Assembly (NCBI GenBank): GCA_963711255.1
Contig: CAVQDO010000034.1
Coordinates: 10,553 to 74,552, forward strand
Reading direction: 5' to 3'
Source of the DNA: an uncultured Gammaproteobacteria bacterium
Lineage (GTDB): Bacteria; Pseudomonadota; Gammaproteobacteria; SZUA-229
DNA length: 64,000 bases
Part shown: positions 60,901-64,000 of the stretch, one piece after another
Numbering within the stretch: the first letter of the stretch is position 1
Layout: the number at the start of each line of letters is the position of its first letter
Made by a program: the position numbers and the translations under genes
The notes under the pieces: generated by a model
What the model saw: the letters and a program-made list of their open reading frames with translations, nothing else
The model's database searches: none
Told to the model about the DNA's origin: nothing

Positions 60901-61374
60901 ATGAATAAAATAGCCCTGTTCGTCGACGTACAAAATATTTATTACACAACACGTGATGCCTATGGCCGGCAGTTTAATTACAGGGCACTATGGGATCGTG
61001 TGAGCGCTAAGGGAGAAATAGTATCGGCGACGGCTTATGCTATTAAGCGTGACGATGACCGTCAAATAAAGTTTCAGGATGCGCTGGCTCATATTGGGTT
61101 TAGAGTAAAGCTTAAGCCTTTTATTCAGCGCAGAGATGGCTCCGCGAAAGGTGACTGGGATGTCGGCATCACCATTGATGTCATGGAAACGGCAAAAGAC
61201 GTCGACACGGTAATTCTGCTATCCGGTGATGGAGATTTCGATCTTTTACTGGAAAAGATAAACAAGGATTACGGCGTTACTACAGCAGTCTATGCTGTTC
61301 CGGAACTGACCGCCAGATCCCTAATTGAAGCTGCCTCTGAATATTATCCGATTGATAAAGAGCTGTTAATGTAG
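60901..61374 (+). CDS. NYN-domain (LabA-like/DUF88) protein
   Basis: IALFVDVQNIYY...DWDVGITIDVME...ILLSGDGDF are the NYN/PIN-like acidic motifs. ATG at 60901 is preferred over the track start at 60856, which overlaps ybiT. Confidence 0.75.
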   Translation: MNKIALFVDVQNIYYTTRDAYGRQFNYRALWDRVSAKGEIVSATAYAIKRDDDRQIKFQDALAHIGFRVKLKPFIQRRDGSAKGDWDVGITIDVMETAKDVDTVILLSGDGDFDLLLEKINKDYGVTTAVYAVPELTARSLIEAASEYYPIDKELLM

Positions 61375-61392
61375 TTTACCAGGCAGTTCGTT

Positions 61393-62571
61393 TCAGGGGA
61401 CTTTTTTGACTGGGTCATGCTCTGTCTGTAACTGGCCACGCGCATATTTCAAAAACGATTCCAGCGGGTCAATTAATTTTTCAATATATTTTCTCGGTAC
61501 TTTCTCGAACTCGCCCTGAATAATCGCGGTCATATAACGATTGAATAATGCCGTATCCAGTTTATCAAAATCAGCCGCTAACTCCTGACCCAGGGTCTCT
61601 TCTTTCCTGTCAGCTATTTCGGCTTTTTTATTCTCTTCCCTGTTGATGGTTTCATCATGACGAACAATCTGGCAGGCGCGCCGCAGTAGTGACTCTTGCA
61701 GAGCAATATCAGCCTGCATGGTCAAACCGGTAAAGGTTACGGATTCGTTATAACCTTCCGTTGAGTTCAGGCCGGCAGCCAGTTTTATACGAATCGTATC
61801 GTTACTGATTTTAAACGCCAGGTTTGAGACCGTCTTTTGAAAACGTATGCCGACTATGTGGGCCCTGAATGCTTTGGTCATTGGCATAACCAGGATGAAC
61901 TTTCCTGAGCCCAGGTGCCCAAGAACTTCTTCTTTACGCAGAGACTCTTTTAAATTATCTGATACCGATGTAATTATCTGCGAGGTGATTTTTTTGCCAT
62001 GTGTTTCGGTAATAGTATCAATATCGGCAATCTGCATGCTTAAAATAGAAAGTTCGAATTTGTGCCGATGAGCACCGGAGATAGCTTTATCTCCCATATC
62101 CTGAATGCCGCGTTCATTAAACAGTTCAGTAAGACTGTCACGCGTAACATTATCCTGAAGCGAGGTGATTTTATTGCTCAGTTTAGAGTATGAGCTGGTA
62201 CGGCTGATAATATCTGTCGCAGAAAATGGTTTACTGATGAAGTCTGTGGCGCCCATGTTGAATGAGGCCTGTTTCGCCGCGTCAGTGTCCTCGTGACCGG
62301 TAATCATTATTACCGGTAAACTGGCGATGTGCTCATCATCAGATTCCCTTATCTGTTTCAGCAACAGCATACCGTTCATTACAGGCATATGCAGGTCGGC
62401 AAAGACCAGGCTTATTGAACTGTCTTCCTGAATTCTGTCCCAGGCAACATCACCATTTTCTGCATGCGAAATAAAAAAGGAATCATCAAGATGTTTTGCG
62501 ATTACACTGCGAATAGTCGCTGAGTCATCAACGATCAAAACATGAACTTTTTCATTTTTTGGCATATACAA
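61393..62571 (-). CDS. response regulator with CheY-like receiver and a degenerate GGDEF-like output domain
   Basis: Receiver domain (VLIVDDSATIRSV..., phospho-acceptor D in VFADLHMPVMNG). The C-terminal domain aligns to GGDEF but carries GSGKF in place of GGDEF/GGEEF. Confidence 0.75.
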   Translation of the reverse strand: MYMPKNEKVHVLIVDDSATIRSVIAKHLDDSFFISHAENGDVAWDRIQEDSSISLVFADLHMPVMNGMLLLKQIRESDDEHIASLPVIMITGHEDTDAAKQASFNMGATDFISKPFSATDIISRTSSYSKLSNKITSLQDNVTRDSLTELFNERGIQDMGDKAISGAHRHKFELSILSMQIADIDTITETHGKKITSQIITSVSDNLKESLRKEEVLGHLGSGKFILVMPMTKAFRAHIVGIRFQKTVSNLAFKISNDTIRIKLAAGLNSTEGYNESVTFTGLTMQADIALQESLLRRACQIVRHDETINREENKKAEIADRKEETLGQELAADFDKLDTALFNRYMTAIIQGEFEKVPRKYIEKLIDPLESFLKYARGQLQTEHDPVKKVP

Positions 62572-62722
62572 TCTCTATTAACCGAAGGTTAAGCACTATT
62601 TATTAGCTAATAGCAGTGAGTATAAGATAGATTTGCTGAAAATCATTGGTTTCAAGCTTTTACAGTGATTTAAGAACCCCTGAAATCATGACAGAAATGT
62701 TGAAAAACCAACAGCTTACAAA

Positions 62723-63370
62723 TCATGGCGCGAGCCGTTCAGAACCCCATGAAGCGTTATCTCTAACTGTATAAATAAAACGGTCATGCAGCCGGCTTTC
62801 TCTTGCCTGCCAGAATTCAAAACTTGCTGGCTTAACACGGTACCCGCCCCAGAATGGCGGTAGCGGGATTTCCTTATCGCTGTATTTCTGTTTCATACTA
62901 TCAACCATTGTCTCCAGGATTGAACGTGAGTTAATCATCTGGCTTTGCTGTGATGCCCAGGCACCCAACTGGCTGCCACGTGGCCGTGTAGCGAAATATT
63001 TTAATGATTCAGCCGTGCTCACTTTTGTCGCTACACCGGTAATTTTCACCTGGCGGCCAAGTGCATGCCAGGGAAACAGCAGGCTGACTTTTGGGTTGAT
63101 TCCTATCTGCTGTGCCTTGCGGCTTTCATAATTGGTGAAGAATACATAACCGTCTTCATCAAAGAGTTTTAACAATACAATACGCTGCCAGGGCTGCCCG
63201 TCCGCGTCTACCGTTGCTACCGACATGGCTCCGGGCTCGTATAATTCACTTCTGATGGTTTGCTGGTACCAGAACTCAAATTGTTTGAACGGGTTTGCTG
63301 CCAGGTCCTTATGATTTAGACCCTGTTGCATATACTGCTGGCGTAATTCATCAGTTTTCATTATTGCCAC
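62723..63370 (-). CDS. pdxH: pyridoxamine 5'-phosphate oxidase
   Basis: Collinear with E. coli PdxH (RIVLLK...FFTNYESRKAQQI...LFPWHALGRQV...FWQ...RLHDRF). Confidence 0.95.
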   Translation of the reverse strand: MAIMKTDELRQQYMQQGLNHKDLAANPFKQFEFWYQQTIRSELYEPGAMSVATVDADGQPWQRIVLLKLFDEDGYVFFTNYESRKAQQIGINPKVSLLFPWHALGRQVKITGVATKVSTAESLKYFATRPRGSQLGAWASQQSQMINSRSILETMVDSMKQKYSDKEIPLPPFWGGYRVKPASFEFWQARESRLHDRFIYTVRDNASWGSERLAP

Positions 63371-63585
63371 TCTGGCTGTAGTAAATAAGTCATCATTAAT
63401 ATTTTATCGCCATCAATTGAAGACGGCTTGAAATAAGTGCATTATAAAACAATTGATAATAATCGGGTGTTGATCCAGATTAATAAACAGAAGTTTGATT
63501 TTAGTCATTACACCGATATTAGCCGGTGTTATCTTGAACAAGTTGATAGTTTCCATGTGAGGATTGGGCGGGTCATTAATTAAAC

Positions 63586-64000
63586 ATGAATAACCTTGAA
63601 AACTACATAACAACGTTATTAAGCGATAATGGCGCTGAGCCTGATCAACTGCTTCAGCATTTGTGTGCAATTCAGCATCAGTATTCGTATATACCTGCCG
63701 CAGCGGTTGATCTGCTGGCCGAGAATTTACAGGTTCCGCCAGTTCAAATTTATGCTGTTATCGATTTTTATACTTTCCTGCATCGTGATGCTCGTGGCCA
63801 GTTCGATATTCTTTTTAGCGATAATATCACCGATCGCATGCTCGGCAGTGAGGCACTGTTTCGTCTGCTATGCGACGAACTCTCCATAGTACCGGGAATT
63901 CCACGGGAGGATGACCGCGTCAGTGCAGACCTGACTTCCTGTACCGGTATTTGTGACCAGGGGCCGGCATTACTGGTCAATGGCAGCGTGGTCTCCAGGC
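63586..64000 (+). CDS. NuoE-like thioredoxin-fold [2Fe-2S] domain (N-terminus of a NAD-linked formate dehydrogenase/hydrogenase diaphorase-type subunit), partial, continues beyond the window
   Basis: ATG at 63586, open to the window end. ...VIDFYTFLH...LTSCTGICDQGPALLVNG resembles the 24-kDa/NuoE-family Cys cluster. Confidence 0.5.
   Translation, partial: MNNLENYITTLLSDNGAEPDQLLQHLCAIQHQYSYIPAAAVDLLAENLQVPPVQIYAVIDFYTFLHRDARGQFDILFSDNITDRMLGSEALFRLLCDELSIVPGIPREDDRVSADLTSCTGICDQGPALLVNGSVVSR

Overview
This is a 64-kb chromosomal segment from an AT-rich (about 42% GC) gammaproteobacterium, judged from gene content and synteny. Most of it is conserved housekeeping, with a few accessory islands between.

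Conserved core genes:
- A complete aa3-type cytochrome c oxidase operon: coxB-coxA-ctaG-coxC, a DUF2909-like protein, SURF1, a SCO-like CxxxC protein, cyoE and SCO.
- The queA-tgt-yajC-secD-secF block on the minus strand.
- ppnP, a cytochrome c lipoprotein, selO, a DsbA-like protein, trhO, an alanine:cation symporter and a TauE-like exporter.
- rapA, two DEAD-box helicases (one rhlE-like with a roughly 500-nt leader), ybbN/cnoX, ABC-F ybiT and pdxH.
- A GGDEF-EAL enzyme, and a response regulator with a degenerate GGDEF domain.

Accessory content worth attention:
1. A roughly 730-bp GC-rich, nested-palindromic non-coding element at 30619-31350, between the TauE-like gene and rapA. Its two inverted arms are about 265 and 290 bp, and several local hairpins have conserved stems but divergent loops. 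The central spacer holds an A-rich tract, a terminator-like hairpin and tandem TTGACT repeats.
2. A minus-strand envelope module at 37987-44420: a secreted M48 metalloprotease with TPR repeats, a divergent ECF-like sigma factor with a Cys-rich insert, a ZAS (HxxxCxxC) transmembrane anti-sigma factor, a signal-peptide-bearing caspase-family (peptidase C14) protein, an outer-membrane beta-barrel gene with an apparent frameshift, and a DUF4384 lipoprotein.
3. A divergently organised small lipid-biosynthesis cluster at 51692-56351: a CFA-synthase-like methyltransferase, a beta-ketoacyl synthase, an ACP, a crotonase-fold protein and a PlsC-like acyltransferase.

Smaller observations:
- A 1029-aa secreted protein with a choice-of-anchor-L-like N-terminal region and a GEVED motif.
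- A DUF1631-like 725-aa protein.
- An orphan DUF2384 antitoxin-like gene.
- A secreted Pro/Gln-rich protein encoded by 30-bp tandem repeats.
- A DUF899 homologue lacking its central redox core.
- A lipoprotein gene split by a frameshift at an A5 run.

No tRNA, rRNA, CRISPR array, integrase or transposase was recognised.
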